Assembly (NCBI GenBank): GCA_951406725.2
Contig: OX597817.1
Span: 35,278,001-35,342,000 of the forward strand
Direction of reading: 5' to 3'
Source of the DNA: Octopus vulgaris
Taxonomy: Eukaryota
Length of the DNA stretch: 64,000 nt
Shown: positions 1 through 12,563 of the stretch, piece by piece
Layout of the letters: the number at the start of each line of letters is the position of its first letter
Position numbering within the stretch: position 1 is the stretch's first letter
Position numbers and translations under genes: made by a program
Notes under the pieces: model-generated
Database searches by the model: none
The model's input: the letters and a program-made list of their open reading frames with translations, nothing else
What the model was told of the DNA's origin: nothing

Positions 1-80
1 AAACTGTTGTCAAGGAATGTAAAAAAATATATATTTTAATGAGGATCAACTTATTCTAAACTAAGAAGTTTAGTTATCAG

Positions 81-117
81 TTTATAGAATAAATATATTA
101 AAATTTACCACTTTGAT
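81..117 (+). promoter_or_regulatory. Conserved upstream TATA-like element of 5S genes (TAAATA at about -28 to -23); example copy
   Basis: TATAGAATAAATAT...AAATTTA precedes all intact 5S genes, across otherwise different spacer types. Confidence 0.7.
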
Positions 118-237
118 GCTTACGGCCATATCATGTTGAAAGCACCGGTTCTCGTTCGATCACCGAAGTTAAGCAACATCGAGCCTAGTTAGTACTTAGA
201 TGGGTGACCGCTTGGGAACCCTAGGTGCTGTAAGCAT
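118..237 (+). rRNA. 5S rRNA
   Basis: GCTTACGGCC...GCTGTAAGCAT, 120 nt; box A AGTTAAGC, box C AGATGGGTGACC; paired termini; T17 variant. Confidence 0.95.
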
Positions 238-241
238 TACC

Positions 242-267
242 TTTTGTTTTTTTGTTTTTTTTTTTTA
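242..267 (+). terminator. Pol III oligo-T terminator (example; present after each gene)
   Basis: TTTTG-T(n) tract a few nt after the 5S 3' end. Confidence 0.85.
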
Positions 268-623
268 CTACTACCGAAACCCTGCCTGATTTAACTTCGT
301 CTTTTTACGGCTTATGAAATTTTCCTTCTTGTTGTAACGGTCATTTGAGTTTTTAGTTACCTAAAACACATTATACAGAAGCAAGTTAGGCAACTACGTT
401 CCTTACACGTTGATCTGCACCAGAAAACACCTTACATCTCACGTCGTTAATCTCTAGATGAGGACTCGGTGAGAGAAATGAAAATGAAATGTAATATATG
501 TTAAATAAACTGTTGTCAAGGAATGTAAAAAAATATATATTTTAATGAGGATCAACTTATTCTAAACTAAGAAGTTTATTTATCAGTTTATAGAATAAAT
601 ATATTAAAATTTACCATTTTGAG

Positions 624-743
624 GCTTCCGGCCATATCATGTTGAAAGCACCGGTTCTCGTTCGATCACCGAAGTTAAGCAACATCGAGCCTAGTTAGTA
701 CTTAGATGGGTGACCGCTTGGGAACCCTAGGTGCTGTAAGCAT
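624..743 (+). rRNA. 5S rRNA
   Basis: Array copy (GCTTCC start variant, T17). Confidence 0.9.
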
Positions 744-1130
744 TACCTTTTGTTTTTTGTTGTTTTTTTTTTTACTACTACCGAAACTCTGCCTGATTTA
801 ACTTCGTCTTTTTACGGCTTATGAAATTTTCCTTCTCATTGTAACGGTCATTTGAGTTTTTAGTTACCTAAAACACATTATACAGCAGCAAGTTAGGCAA
901 CTACGTTCCTTACACGTTGATCTGTACCAGAAAACACCTCACATCTCACGTCGTTAATCTCTAGTTGAGGACTCGGTGAGAAAAATGAAAATGTAACGTA
1001 ATATATGTTAAATAAACTGTTGTCAAGGAATGTAAAAAAATATATATTTTAATGAGGATCAACTTATTCTAAACTAAGAAGTTTATTTATCAGTTTATAG
1101 AATAAATATATTAAAATTTACAACTTTGAT

Positions 1131-1250
1131 ACTTACGGCCATATCACGTTGAAAGCACCGGTTCTCGTTCGATCACCGAAGTTAAGCAACATCGAGCCTA
1201 GTTAGTACTTAGATGGGTGACCGCTTGGGAACCCTAGGTGCTGTAAGCAT
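1131..1250 (+). rRNA. 5S rRNA
   Basis: Array copy (A at position 1). Confidence 0.9.
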
Positions 1251-1627
1251 TACCTTGTTGTTTTTTTTTTACTACTACCGAAACTCTGCCTGATTTAACT
1301 TCGTCTTTTTACGGCTTATGAAATTTTCCTTCTCATTGTAACGGTCATTTGAGTTCTTAGTTACCTAAAACACATTATACAGCAGCAAGTTAGGCAACTA
1401 CGTTCCTTACACGTTGATCTGTACCAGAAAACACCTTACATCTCACGTCGTTAATCTCTAGTTGAGGACTCGGTGAGAAAAATGAAAATGTAACGTAATA
1501 TATGTTAAATAAACTGTTGTCAAGGAATGTAAAAAAATATATATTTTAATGAGGATCAACTTATTCTAAAATAAGAAGTTTATTTATCAGTTTATAGAAT
1601 AAATATATTAAAATTTACCATTTTGAT

Positions 1628-1747
1628 GCTTACGGCCATATCATGTTGCAAGCACCGGTTCTCGTTCGATCACCGAAGTTAAGCAACATCGAGCCTAGTT
1701 AGTACTTAGATGGGTGACCGCTCGGGAACCCTAGGTGCTGTAAGCGT
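1628..1747 (+). rRNA. 5S rRNA
   Basis: Array copy, variant haplotype. Confidence 0.9.
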
Positions 1748-2133
1748 TACCTTTTGTTTTTTTGTTGTTTTTTTTTACTACTACCGAAACACTGCCTGAT
1801 TTAACTTCGTCTTTTTACGGCTTATGAAATTTTCCTTCTCATTGTAACGGTCATTTGAGTTTTTAGTTACCTAAAACACATTATACAGCAGCAAGTTAGG
1901 CAACTACGTTCCTTACACGTTGATCTGTACCAGAAAACACCTCACATCTCACGTCGTTAATCTCTAGTTGAGGACTCGGTGAGAAAAATGAAAATGTAAC
2001 GTAATATATGTTAAATAAACTGTTGTCAAGGAATGTAAAAAAATATATATTTTAATGAGGATCAACTTATTCTAAAATAAGAAGTTTATTTATCAGTTTA
2101 TAGAATAAATATATTAAAATTTACCACTTTGAT

Positions 2134-2253
2134 GCTTACGGCCATATCACGTTGAAAGCACCGGTTCTCGTTCGATCACCGAAGTTAAGCAACATCGAGC
2201 CTAGTTAGTACTTAGATGGGTGACCGCTTGGGAACCCTAGGTGCTGTAAGCAT
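2134..2253 (+). rRNA. 5S rRNA
   Basis: Array copy. Confidence 0.95.
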
Positions 2254-2640
2254 TACCTTTTGTTTTTTTGTTGTTTTTTTTTTACTACTACCGAAACTCT
2301 GCCTGATTTAACTTCGTCTTTCTACGGCTTATGAAATTTTCCTTCTTGTTGTAACGGTCATTTGAGTTTTTAGTTACCTAAAACACATTATACAGCAGCA
2401 AGTTAGGCAACTACGTTCCTTACACGTTGATCTGTTCCAGAAAACACCTCACATCTCACGTTGTTAATTTCTAGTTGAGGACTCGGTGAGAAAAATGAAA
2501 ATGAAATGTAATATATGTTAAATAAACTGTTGTCAAGGAATGTAAAAAAATATATATTTTAATGAGGATCAACTTATTCTAAAATAAAAAGTTTATTTAT
2601 CAGTTTAGAGAATAAATATATTAAAATTTACCACTTTGAT

Positions 2641-2760
2641 GCTTACGGCCATATCACGTTGAAAGCACCGGTTCTCGTTCGATCACCGAAGTTAAGCAAC
2701 ATCGAGCCTAGTTAGTACTTAGATGGGTGACCGCTTGGGAACCCTAGGTGCTGTAAGCAT
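2641..2760 (+). rRNA. 5S rRNA
   Basis: Array copy. Confidence 0.95.
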
Positions 2761-3135
2761 TTCCTGTTGTTTTTTTTTACTACTACCGAAACTCTGCCTG
2801 ATTTAACTTCGTCTTTTTACGGCTTATGAAATTTTCCTTCTTGTTGTAACGGTCATTTGAGTTTTTAGTTACCTAAAACACATTATACAGCAGCAAGTTA
2901 GGCAACTACGTTCCTTACACGTTGATCTGTACCAGAAAACACCTCACATCTCACGTCGTTAATCTCTAGTTGAGGACTCGGTGAGAAAAATGAAAATGTA
3001 ACGTAATATATGTTAAATAAACTGTTGTCAAGGAATGTAAAAAAATATATATTTTAATGAGGATCAACTTATTCTAAAATAAGAAGTTTATTTATCAGTT
3101 TATAGAATAAATATATTAAAATTTACCACTTTGAT

Positions 3136-3255
3136 GCTTACGGCCATATCACGTTGAAAGCACCGGTTCTCGTTCGATCACTGAAGTTAAGCAACATCGA
3201 GCCTAGTTAGTACTTAGATGGGTGACCGCTTGGGAACCCTAGGTGCTGTAAGCAT
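3136..3255 (+). rRNA. 5S rRNA
   Basis: Array copy. Confidence 0.93.
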
Positions 3256-3642
3256 TACCTTTTGTTTTTTTGTTGTTTTTTTTTTACTACTACCGAAACT
3301 CTGCCTGATTTAACATCGTCTTTTTACGGCTTATGACATTTTCCTTCTTGTTGTAACGGTCATTTGAGTTCTTAGTTACCTAAAACACATTATACAGCAG
3401 CAAGTTAGGCAACTACGTTCCTTACACGTTGATCTGTACCAGAAAACACCTTACATCTCACGTCGTTAATCTCTAGTTGAGGACTCGGTGAGAAAAATGA
3501 AAATGTAACGTAATATATGTTAAATAAACTGTTGTCAAGGAATGTAAAAAAATATATATTTTAATGAGGATCAACTTATTCTAAAATAAGAAGTTTATTT
3601 ATCAGTTTATAGAATAAATATATTAAAATTTACCATTTTGAT

Positions 3643-3762
3643 GCTTACGGCCATATCACGTTGAAAGCACCGGTTCTCGTTCGATCACCGAAGTTAAGCA
3701 ACATCGAGCCTAGTTAGTACTTAGATGGGTGACCGCTTGGGAACCCTAGGTGCTGTAAGCAT
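3643..3762 (+). rRNA. 5S rRNA
   Basis: Array copy. Confidence 0.95.
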
Positions 3763-4150
3763 TACCTTTTGTTTTTTTGTTGTTTTTTTTTTACTACTAC
3801 CGAAACTCTGCCTGATTTAACTTCGTCTTTTTACGGCTTATGAAATTTTCCTTCTCATTGTAACGGTCATTTGAGTTTTTAGTTACCTAAAACACATTAT
3901 ACAGCAGCAAGTTAGGCAACTACGTTCCTTACACGTTGATCTGTACCAGAAAACACCTCACATCTCACGTCGTTAATCTCTAGTTGAGGACTCGGTGAGA
4001 AAAATGAAAATGTAACGTAATATATGTTAAATAAACTGTTGTCAAGGAATGTAAAAAAATATATATTTTTAATGAGGATCAACTTATTCTAAAATAAGAA
4101 GTTTATTTATCAGTTTATAGAATAAATATATTAAAATTTACCACTTTGAT

Positions 4151-4270
4151 GCTGACGGCCATATCACGTTGAAAGCACCGGTTCTCGTTCGATCACCGAA
4201 GTTAAGCAACATCGAGCCTAGTTAGTACTTAGATGGGTGACCGCTTGGGAACCCTAGGTGCTGTAAGCAT
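4151..4270 (+). rRNA. 5S rRNA
   Basis: Array copy. Confidence 0.92.
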
Positions 4271-4656
4271 TACCTTTTGTTTTTTTGTTGTTTTTTTTTA
4301 CTACTACCGAAACTCTGCCTGATTTAACTTCGTCTTTTTACGGCTTATGAAATTTTCCTTCTCATTGTAACGGTCATTTGAGTTTTTAGTTACCTAAAAC
4401 ACATTATACAGCAGCAAGTTAGGCAACTACGTTCCTTACACGTTGATCTGTACCAGAAAACACCTCACATCTCACGTCGTTAATCTCTAGTTGAGGACTC
4501 GGTGAGAAAAATGAATATGAAATGTAATATATGTTAAATAAACTGTTGTCAAGGAATGTAAAAAAATATATATTTTAATGAGGATCAACTTATTCTAAAA
4601 TAAGAAGTTTATTTATCAGTTTATAGAATAAATATATTAAATTTTACCACTTTGAT

Positions 4657-4776
4657 GCTTACGGCCATATCACGTTGAAAGCACCGGTTCTCGTTCGCTC
4701 ACCGAAGTTAAGCAACATCGAGCCCAGTTAGTACCTAGATGGGTGACCGCTTGGGAACCCTAGGTGCTGTAAGCAT
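4657..4776 (+). rRNA. 5S rRNA
   Basis: Array copy, variant haplotype. Confidence 0.9.
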
Positions 4777-5162
4777 CTCCTTTTTTTTTTTGTTGTTTTT
4801 TTTTTACTACTACCGAAACTCTGCCTGATTTAACTTCGTCTTTTTACGGCTTATGAAATTTTCCTTCTCATTGTAACGGTCATTTGAGTTTTTAGTTACC
4901 TAAAACACATTATACAGCAGCAAGTTAGGCAACTACGTTCCTTACACGTTGATCTGTACCAGAAAACACCTCACATCTCACGTCGTTAATCTCTAGTTGA
5001 GGACTCGGTGAGAAAAATGAAAATGTAACGTAATATATGTTAAATAAACTGTTGTCAAGGAATGTAAAATAATATATATTTTAATGAGGATCAACTTATT
5101 CTAAAATAGATAGTTTATTTATCAGTTTATAGAATAAATATATTAAAATTTACCACTTTGAT

Positions 5163-5282
5163 GCTTACGGCCATATCACGTTGAAAGAACCGGTTCTCGT
5201 TCGCTCACTGAAGTTAAGCAACATCGAGCCTAGTTAGTACCTAGATGGGTGACCGCTTGGGAACCCTAGGTGCTGTAAGAAT
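5163..5282 (+). rRNA. 5S rRNA (several substitutions)
   Basis: Array copy. Confidence 0.85.
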
Positions 5283-5657
5283 TTCCTGTTGTTTTGTTTT
5301 ACTACTACCGAAACTCTGCCTGATATAACATCGTCTTTTTACGGCTTATGGCATTTTCCTTCTTGTTGTAACGGTCATTTGAGTTCTTAGTTACCTAAAA
5401 CACATTATACAGCAGCAAGTTAGGCAACTACGTTCCTTACACGTTGATCTGTACCAGAAAACACCTCACATCTCACGTCGTTAATCTCTAGTTGAGGACT
5501 CGGTGAGAAAAATGAAAATGTAACGTAATATATGTTAAATAAACTGTTGTCAAGGAATGTAAAAAAATATATATTTTAATGAGGATCAACTTATTCTAAA
5601 ATAAGAAGTTTATTTATCAGTTTATAGAATAAATATATTAAAATTTACCACTTTGAT

Positions 5658-5777
5658 GCTTACGGCCATATCACGTTGAAAGCACCGGTTCTCGTTCGAT
5701 CACCGAAGTTAAGCAACATCGAGCCTAGTTAGTACTTAGATGGGTGACCGCTTGGGAACCCTAGGTGCTGTAAGCAT
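5658..5777 (+). rRNA. 5S rRNA
   Basis: Array copy. Confidence 0.95.
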
Positions 5778-6163
5778 TACCTTTTGTTTTTTTGTTGTTT
5801 TTTTTTACTACTACCGAAACTCTGCCTGATTTAACTTCGTCTTTTTACGGCTTATGAAATTTTCCTTCTCATTGTAACGGTCATTTGAGTTTTTAGTTAC
5901 CTAAAACACATTATACAGCAGCAAGTTAGGCAACTACGTTCCTTACACGTTGATCTGTACCAGAAAACACCTCACATCTCACGTCGTTAATCTCTAGTTG
6001 AGGACTCGGTGAGAAAAATGAAAATGAAATTTAATATATGTTAACTAAAATGTTGTCAAGGAATGTAAAAAAATATATATTTTAATGAGGATCAACTTAT
6101 TCTAAAATAAGAAGTTTATTTATCAGTTTATAGAATAAATATATTAAAATTTACCACTTTGAT

Positions 6164-6283
6164 GCTTACGGCCATATCACGTTGAAAGCACCGGTTCTCG
6201 TACGATCACCGAAGTTAAGAAACATCGAGCCGAGTTAGTACTTAGATGGGTGACCGCTTGGGAACCCTAGGTGCAGTAAGCAT
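6164..6283 (+). rRNA. 5S rRNA (mutated; most of the terminator region deleted)
   Basis: Array copy with 4 substitutions and a ~55-bp downstream deletion. Confidence 0.8.
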
Positions 6284-6614
6284 TTCCTGTATTTTTACGG
6301 CTTATGAAATCTTCCTTCTTGTTGTAACGGTCATTTGAGTTTTTAGTTACCTAAAACACCTTATACAGCAGCAAGTTAGGCAACTACGTTCCTTACACGT
6401 TGATCTGTACCAGAAAACACCTCACATCTCACGTCGTTAATCTCTAGTTGAGGACTCGGTGAGAAAAATGAAAATGTAACGTAATATATGTTAAATAAAC
6501 TGTTGTCAAGGAATGTAAAAAAAATATATATTTTAATGAGGATCAACTTATTCTAAAATAAGAAGTTTATTTATCAGTTTATAGAATAAATATATTAAAA
6601 TTTACCACTTTGAT

Positions 6615-6734
6615 GCTTACGGCCATATCACGTTGAAAGCACCGGTTCTCGTTCGCTCACCGAAGTTAAGCAACATCGAGCCCAGTTAGTACTTAGATGG
6701 GTGACCGCTTGGGAACCCTAGGTGCTGTAAGCAT
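6615..6734 (+). rRNA. 5S rRNA
   Basis: Array copy. Confidence 0.9.
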
Positions 6735-7121
6735 TACCTTTTGTTTTTTTGTTGTTTTTTTTTTACTACTACCGAAACTCTGCCTGATTTAACTTCGTCT
6801 TTTTACGGCTTATGAAATTTTCCTTCTCATTGTAACGGTCATTTGAGTTTTTAGTTACCTAAAACACATTATACAGCAGCAAGTTAGGCAACTACGTTCC
6901 TTACACGTTGATCTGTACCAGAAAACACCTCACATCTCACGTCGTTAATCTCTAGTTGAGGACTCGGTGAGAAAAATGAAAATGTAACGTAATATATGTT
7001 AAATAAACTGTTGTCAAGGAATGTAAAAAAATATATATTTTAATGAGGATCAACTTATTCTAAAATAAAAAGTTTATTTATCAGTTTATAGAATAAATAT
7101 ATTAAAATTTACCACTTTGAT

Positions 7122-7240
7122 GCTTACGGCCATATCACGTTGAAAGCACCGGTTCTCGTTCGATCACCGAAGTTAAGCAACATCGAGCCTAGTTAGTACT
7201 TAGATGGGTGACCGCTTGGGAACCCTAGGTGCTGTAACAT
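7122..7240 (+). rRNA. 5S rRNA (1-nt deletion near 3' end)
   Basis: Array copy. Confidence 0.88.
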
Positions 7241-7615
7241 TTCCTGTTGTTTTTTTTTACTACTACCGAAACTCTGCCTGATATAACATCGTCTTTATGC
7301 GGCTTATGACATTTTCCTTCTTGTTGTAACGGTCATTTGAGTTCTTAGTTACCTAAAACACATTATACAGCAGCAAGTTAGGCAACTACGTTCCTTACAC
7401 GTTGATCTGTACCAGAAAACACCTTACATCTCACGTCGTTAATCTCTAGTTGAGGATTCGGTGAGAAAAATGAAAATGAAATGTAATATATGTTAAATAA
7501 ACTGTTGTCAAGGAATATAAAAAAATATATATTTTAATGAGGATCAACTTATTCTAAACTAAGAAGTTTATTTATCAGTTTATAGAATAAATATATTAAA
7601 ATTTACCATTTTGAT

Positions 7616-7735
7616 GCTTACGGCCATATCATGTTGCAAGCACCGGTTCTCGTTCGATCACCGAAGTTAAGCAACATCGAGCCTAGTTAGTACTTAGATG
7701 GGTGACCGCTCGGGAACCCTAGGTGCTGTAAGCAT
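7616..7735 (+). rRNA. 5S rRNA
   Basis: Array copy, same haplotype as the 1628 copy. Confidence 0.9.
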
Positions 7736-8122
7736 TACCTTTTGTTTTTTTTTTTGTTTTTTTTTTACTACTACCGAAACTCTGCCTGATTTAACTTCGT
7801 CTTTTACGGCTTATGAAATTTTCCTTCTCATTGTAACGGTCATTTGAGTTTTTAGTTACCTAAAACACATTATACAGCAGCAAGTTAGGCAACTACGTTC
7901 CTTACACGTTGATCTGTACCAGAAAACACCTCACATCTCACGTCGTTAATCTCTAGTTGAGGACTCGGTGAGAAAAATGAAAATGAAATTTAATATATGT
8001 TAACTAAAATGTTGTCAAGGAATGTAAAAAAATATATATTTTAATGAGGATCAACTTATTCTAAAATAAGAAGTTTATTTATCAGTTTATAGAATAAATA
8101 TATTAAAATTTACCACTTTGAT

Positions 8123-8241
8123 GCTTACGGCCATATCACGTTGAAAGCACCGGTTCTCGTCGATCACCGAAGTTAAGCAACATCGAGCCTAGTTAGTACT
8201 TAGATGGGTGACCGCTTGGGAACCCTAGGTGCTGTAAGCAT
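8123..8241 (+). rRNA. 5S rRNA (1-nt deletion)
   Basis: Array copy. Confidence 0.9.
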
Positions 8242-8628
8242 TACCTTTTGTTTTTTTGTTGTTTTTTTTTTACTACTACCGAAACTCTGCCTGATTTAAC
8301 TTCGTCTTTTTACGGCTTATGAAATCTTCCTTCTCATTGTAACGGTCATTTGAGTTTTTAGTTACCTAAAACACATTATACAGCAGCAAGTTAGGCAACT
8401 ACGTTCCTTACACGTTGATCTGTACCAGAAAACACCTCACATCTCACGTCGTTAATCTCTAGTTGAGGACTCGGTGAGAAAAATGAAAATGTAACGTAAT
8501 ATATGTTAAATAAACTGTTGTCAAGGAATGTAAAAAAATATATATTTTAATGAGGATCAACTTATTCTAAAATAAGAAGTTTATTTATCAGTTTATAGAA
8601 TAAATATATTAAAATTTACCACTTTGAT

Positions 8629-8748
8629 GCTTACGGCCATATCACGTTGAAAGCACCGGTTCTCGTTCGCTCACCGAAGTTAAGCAACATCGAGCCCAGT
8701 TAGTACCTAGATGGGTGACCGCTTGGGAACCCTAGGTGCTGTAAGCAT
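8629..8748 (+). rRNA. 5S rRNA
   Basis: Array copy, same haplotype as the 4657 copy. Confidence 0.9.
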
Positions 8749-9123
8749 CTCCTGTTGTTTTTTTTTACTACTACCGAAACTCTGCCTGATTTAACTTCGT
8801 CTTTCTACGGCTTATGAAATTTTCCTTCTTGTTGTAACGGTCATTTGAGTTTTTAGTTACCTAAAACACATTATACAGCAGCAAGTTAGGCAACTACGTT
8901 CCTTACACGTTGATCTGTACCAGAAAACACCTCACATCTCACGTCGTTAATCTCTAGTTGAGGACTCGGTGAGAAAAATGAAAATGTAACGTAATATATG
9001 TTAAATAAACTGTTGTCAAGGAATGTAAAAAAATATATATTTTAATGAGGATCAACTTATTCTAAAATAAGAAGTTTATTTATCAGTTTATAGAATAAAT
9101 ATATTAAAATTTACCACTTTGAT

Positions 9124-9243
9124 GCTTACGGCCATATCACGTTGAAAGCACCGGTTCTCGTTCGATCACCGAAGTTAAGCAACATCGAGCCTAGTTAGTA
9201 CTTAGATGGGTGACCGCTTGGGAACCCTAGGTGCTGTAAGCAT
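9124..9243 (+). rRNA. 5S rRNA
   Basis: Array copy. Confidence 0.95.
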
Positions 9244-9547
9244 TACCTTTTGTTTTTTTGTTGTTTTTTTTTTACTACTACCGAAACTCTGCCTGATTTA
9301 ACTTCGTCTTTTTACGGCTTATGAAATTTTCCTTCTCATTGTAACGGTCATTTGAGTTTTTAGTTACCTAAAACACATTATACAGCAGCAAGTTAGGCAA
9401 CTACGTTCCTTACACGTTGATCTGTACCAGAAAACACCTCACATCTCACGTCGTTAATCTCTAGTTGAGGACTCGGTGAGAAAAATGAAAATGTAATGTA
9501 ATATATGTTAAATAAACTGTTGTCAAGGAATGTAAAAAAAATAATCC

Positions 9548-9625
9548 GTTTAAAGCAACATCGAAGCCTAGCCTAGTTAGTACTTAGATGGGTGACCGCT
9601 TGGGAACCCTAGGTGCTGTAAGCAT
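9548..9625 (+). pseudogene. 5'-truncated, garbled 5S copy
   Basis: Promoter and first ~50 nt missing; GCCTA duplicated; may be an assembly seam. Confidence 0.8.
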
Positions 9626-10013
9626 TACCTTTTGTTTTTTTGTTGTTTTTTTTTTTACTACTACCGAAACTCTGCCTGATTTAACTTCGTCTTTTTACGG
9701 CTTATGAAATTTTCCTTCTCATTGTAACGGTCATTTGAGTTTTTAGTTACCTAAAACACATTATACAGCAGCAAGTTAGGCAACTACGTTCCTTACACGT
9801 TGATCTGTACCAGAAAACACCTCACATCTCACGTCGTTAATCTCTAGTTGAGGACTCGGTGAGAAAAATGAAAATGTAACGTAATATATGTTAAATAAAC
9901 TGTTGTCAAGGAATGTAAAAAAATATATATTTTAATGAGGATCAACTTATTCTAAAATAAGAAGTTTATTTATCAGTTTATAGAATAAATATATTAAAAT
10001 TTACCACTATGAT

Positions 10014-10133
10014 GCTTACGGCCATATCACGTTGAAATCACCGGTTCTCGTCCGATCACCGAAGTTAAGCAACATCGAGCCTAGTTAGTACTTAGATGGG
10101 TGACCGCTTGGGAACCCTAGGTGCTGTAAGCAT
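10014..10133 (+). rRNA. 5S rRNA
   Basis: Array copy. Confidence 0.92.
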
Positions 10134-10518
10134 TACCTTTTTTTTTTTTTTTTTTTTTTTTACTACTACCGAAACTCTGCCTGATTTAACTTCGTCTTTT
10201 TACGGCTTATGAAATTTTCCTTCTCATTGTAACGGTCATTTGAGTTTTTAGTTACCTAAAACACATTATACAGCAGCAAGTTAGGCAACTACGTTCCTTA
10301 CACGTTGATCTGTACCAGAAAACACCTCACATCTCACGTCGTTAATCTCTAGTTGAGGACTCGGTGAGAAAAATGAAAATGTAACGTAATATATGTTAAA
10401 TAAACTGTTGTCAAGGAATGTAAAAAAATATATATTTTAATGAGGATCAACTTATTCTAAAATAAGAAGTTTATTTATCAGTTTATAGAATAAATATATT
10501 AAAATTTACCACTTTGAT

Positions 10519-10638
10519 GCTTACGGCCATATCACGTTGAAAGCACCGGTTCTCGTTCGATCACCGAAGTTAAGCAACATCGAGCCTAGTTAGTACTTAG
10601 ATGGGTGACCGCTTGGGAACCCTAGGTGCTGTAAGCAT
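10519..10638 (+). rRNA. 5S rRNA
   Basis: Array copy. Confidence 0.95.
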
Positions 10639-11026
10639 TACCTTTTGTTTTTTTGTTGTTTTTTTTTTTACTACTACCGAAACTCTGCCTGATTTAACTT
10701 CGTCTTTTTACGGCTTATGAAATTTTCCTTCTCATTGTAACGGTCATTTGAGTTTTTAGTTACCTAAAACACATTATACAGCAGCAAGTTAGGCAACTAC
10801 GTTCCTTACACGTTGATCTGTACCAGAAAACACCTCACATCTCACGTCGTTAATCTCTAGTTGAGGACTCGGTGAGAAAAATGAAAATGTAACGTAATAT
10901 ATGTTAAATAAACTGTTGTCAAGGAATGTAAAAAAATATATATTTTAATGAGGATCAACTTATTCTAAAATAAGAAGTTTACTTATCAGTTTATAGAATA
11001 AATATATTAAAATTTACCACTTTGAT

Positions 11027-11146
11027 GCTTACGGCCATATCACGTTGAAAGCACCGGTTCTCGTTCGATCACCGAAGTTAAGCAACATCGAGCCTAGTTA
11101 GTACTTAGATGGGTGACCGCTTGGGAACCCTAGGTGCTGTAAGCAT
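11027..11146 (+). rRNA. 5S rRNA
   Basis: Array copy. Confidence 0.95.
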
Positions 11147-11536
11147 TACCTTTGTTTTTTTTTTTGTTGTTTTTTTTTTACTACTACCGAAACTCTGCCT
11201 GATTTAACTTCGTCTTTTTACGGCTTATGAAATTTTCCTTCTCATTGTAACGGTCATTTGAGTTTTTAGTTACCTAAAACACATTATACAGCAGCAAGTT
11301 AGGCAACTACGTTCCTTACACGTTGATCTGTACCAGAAAACACCTCACATCTCACGTCGTTAATCTCTAGTTGAGGACTCGGTGAGAAAAATGAAAATGT
11401 AACGTAATATATGTTAAATAAACTGTTGTCAAGGAATGTAAAAAAATATATATTTTAATGAGGATCAACTTATTCTAAAATAAGAAGTTTATTTATCAGT
11501 TTATAGAATAAATATATTAAAATTTACCACTTTGAT

Positions 11537-11656
11537 GCTTACGGCCATATCACGTTGAAAGCACCGGTTCTCGTTCGATCACCGAAGTTAAGCAACATCG
11601 AGCCTAGTTAGTACTTAGATGGGTGACCGCTTGGGAACCCTAGGTGCTGTAAGCAT
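11537..11656 (+). rRNA. 5S rRNA
   Basis: Array copy. Confidence 0.95.
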
Positions 11657-12042
11657 TACCTTTTGTTTTTTTGTTGTTTTTTTTTACTACTACCGAAACT
11701 CTGCCTGATTTAACTTCGTCTTTTTACGGCTTATGAAATTTTCCTTCTCATTGTAACGGTCATTTGAGTTTTTAGTTACCTAAAACACATTATACAGCAG
11801 CAAGTTAGGCAACTACGTTCCTTACACGTTGATCTGTACCAGAAAACACCTCACATCTCACGTCGTTAATCTCTAGTTGAGGACTCGGTGAGAAAAATGA
11901 AAATGTAACGTAATATATGTTAAATAAACTGTTGTCAAGGAATGTAAAAAAATATATATTTTAATGAGGATCAACTTATTCTAAAATAAGAAGTTTAAGT
12001 ATCAGTTTATAGAATAAATATATTAAAATTAACCACTTTGAT

Positions 12043-12113
12043 GCTTACGGCCATATCACGTTGAAAGCACCGGTTCTCGTCTGATCACCGAAGTTAAGCA
12101 ACATCGAGCCTAG
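12043..12113 (+). pseudogene. 3'-truncated 5S (nt 1-71)
   Basis: Breaks at GAGCCTAG into inverted Academ sequence. Confidence 0.85.
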
Positions 12114-12447
12114 GGTTGTTGCTTGTTGACTTCAGTACTTGAAGAACATAAGCAGCAAGATCTGTGAATGTCTTGGGGACTGTCTTTATGGATTACAGCA
12201 AGGCCATTCCACTAAAGGAGCCATACTGCTGTTGTAGGGATGGTATTTGTTGGTTTAGCTAGCTCTTCTAATGAATATAAAGGATGCCTTGGTAGTCTTT
12301 GCAGGTGCTAGGCAATGAAGACTTAGAAGACAGTAAGAATGAGAAGGTAAATAGGAAAATTTCATAAGCCGTAATAAAAACGAAGTTAAATTAGGCAGAG
12401 CTGTAGTAGTTAAAAAAAAAAAAAAGAAAAAAACAAAAATAAAAGGA

Positions 12448-12563
12448 ATGCTTACAGCACCTAGGGTTCCCAAGCGGTCACCCATCTAAGTACTAACTAG
12501 GCTCGATGTTGCTTAACTTCGGTGATCAGACGAGGAACTGCGCTTTCAACGTGATATGTCATG
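12448..12563 (-). rRNA. 5S rRNA class C, degenerate 5' part
   Basis: Reverse complement of 5S; indels in the first ~35 nt (pseudogene or read error). Confidence 0.7.

Larger units (their letters stand above)
1..12113 (+). repeat. 5S rDNA tandem array, left block (~495-510 bp units, 25 copies incl. 2 partial)
   Basis: Head-to-tail units of 120-bp 5S, T-tract and spacer; gene starts spaced 494-510 bp apart, except at one deleted and one garbled unit. Confidence 0.97.

Noticed and set aside
270-600. snRNA, SL RNA or tRNA gene linked in the 5S spacer
   Set aside because: No recognisable U1, U2, U4, U5, U6 or SL motifs; only a weak Sm-like GAGTTTTTAG
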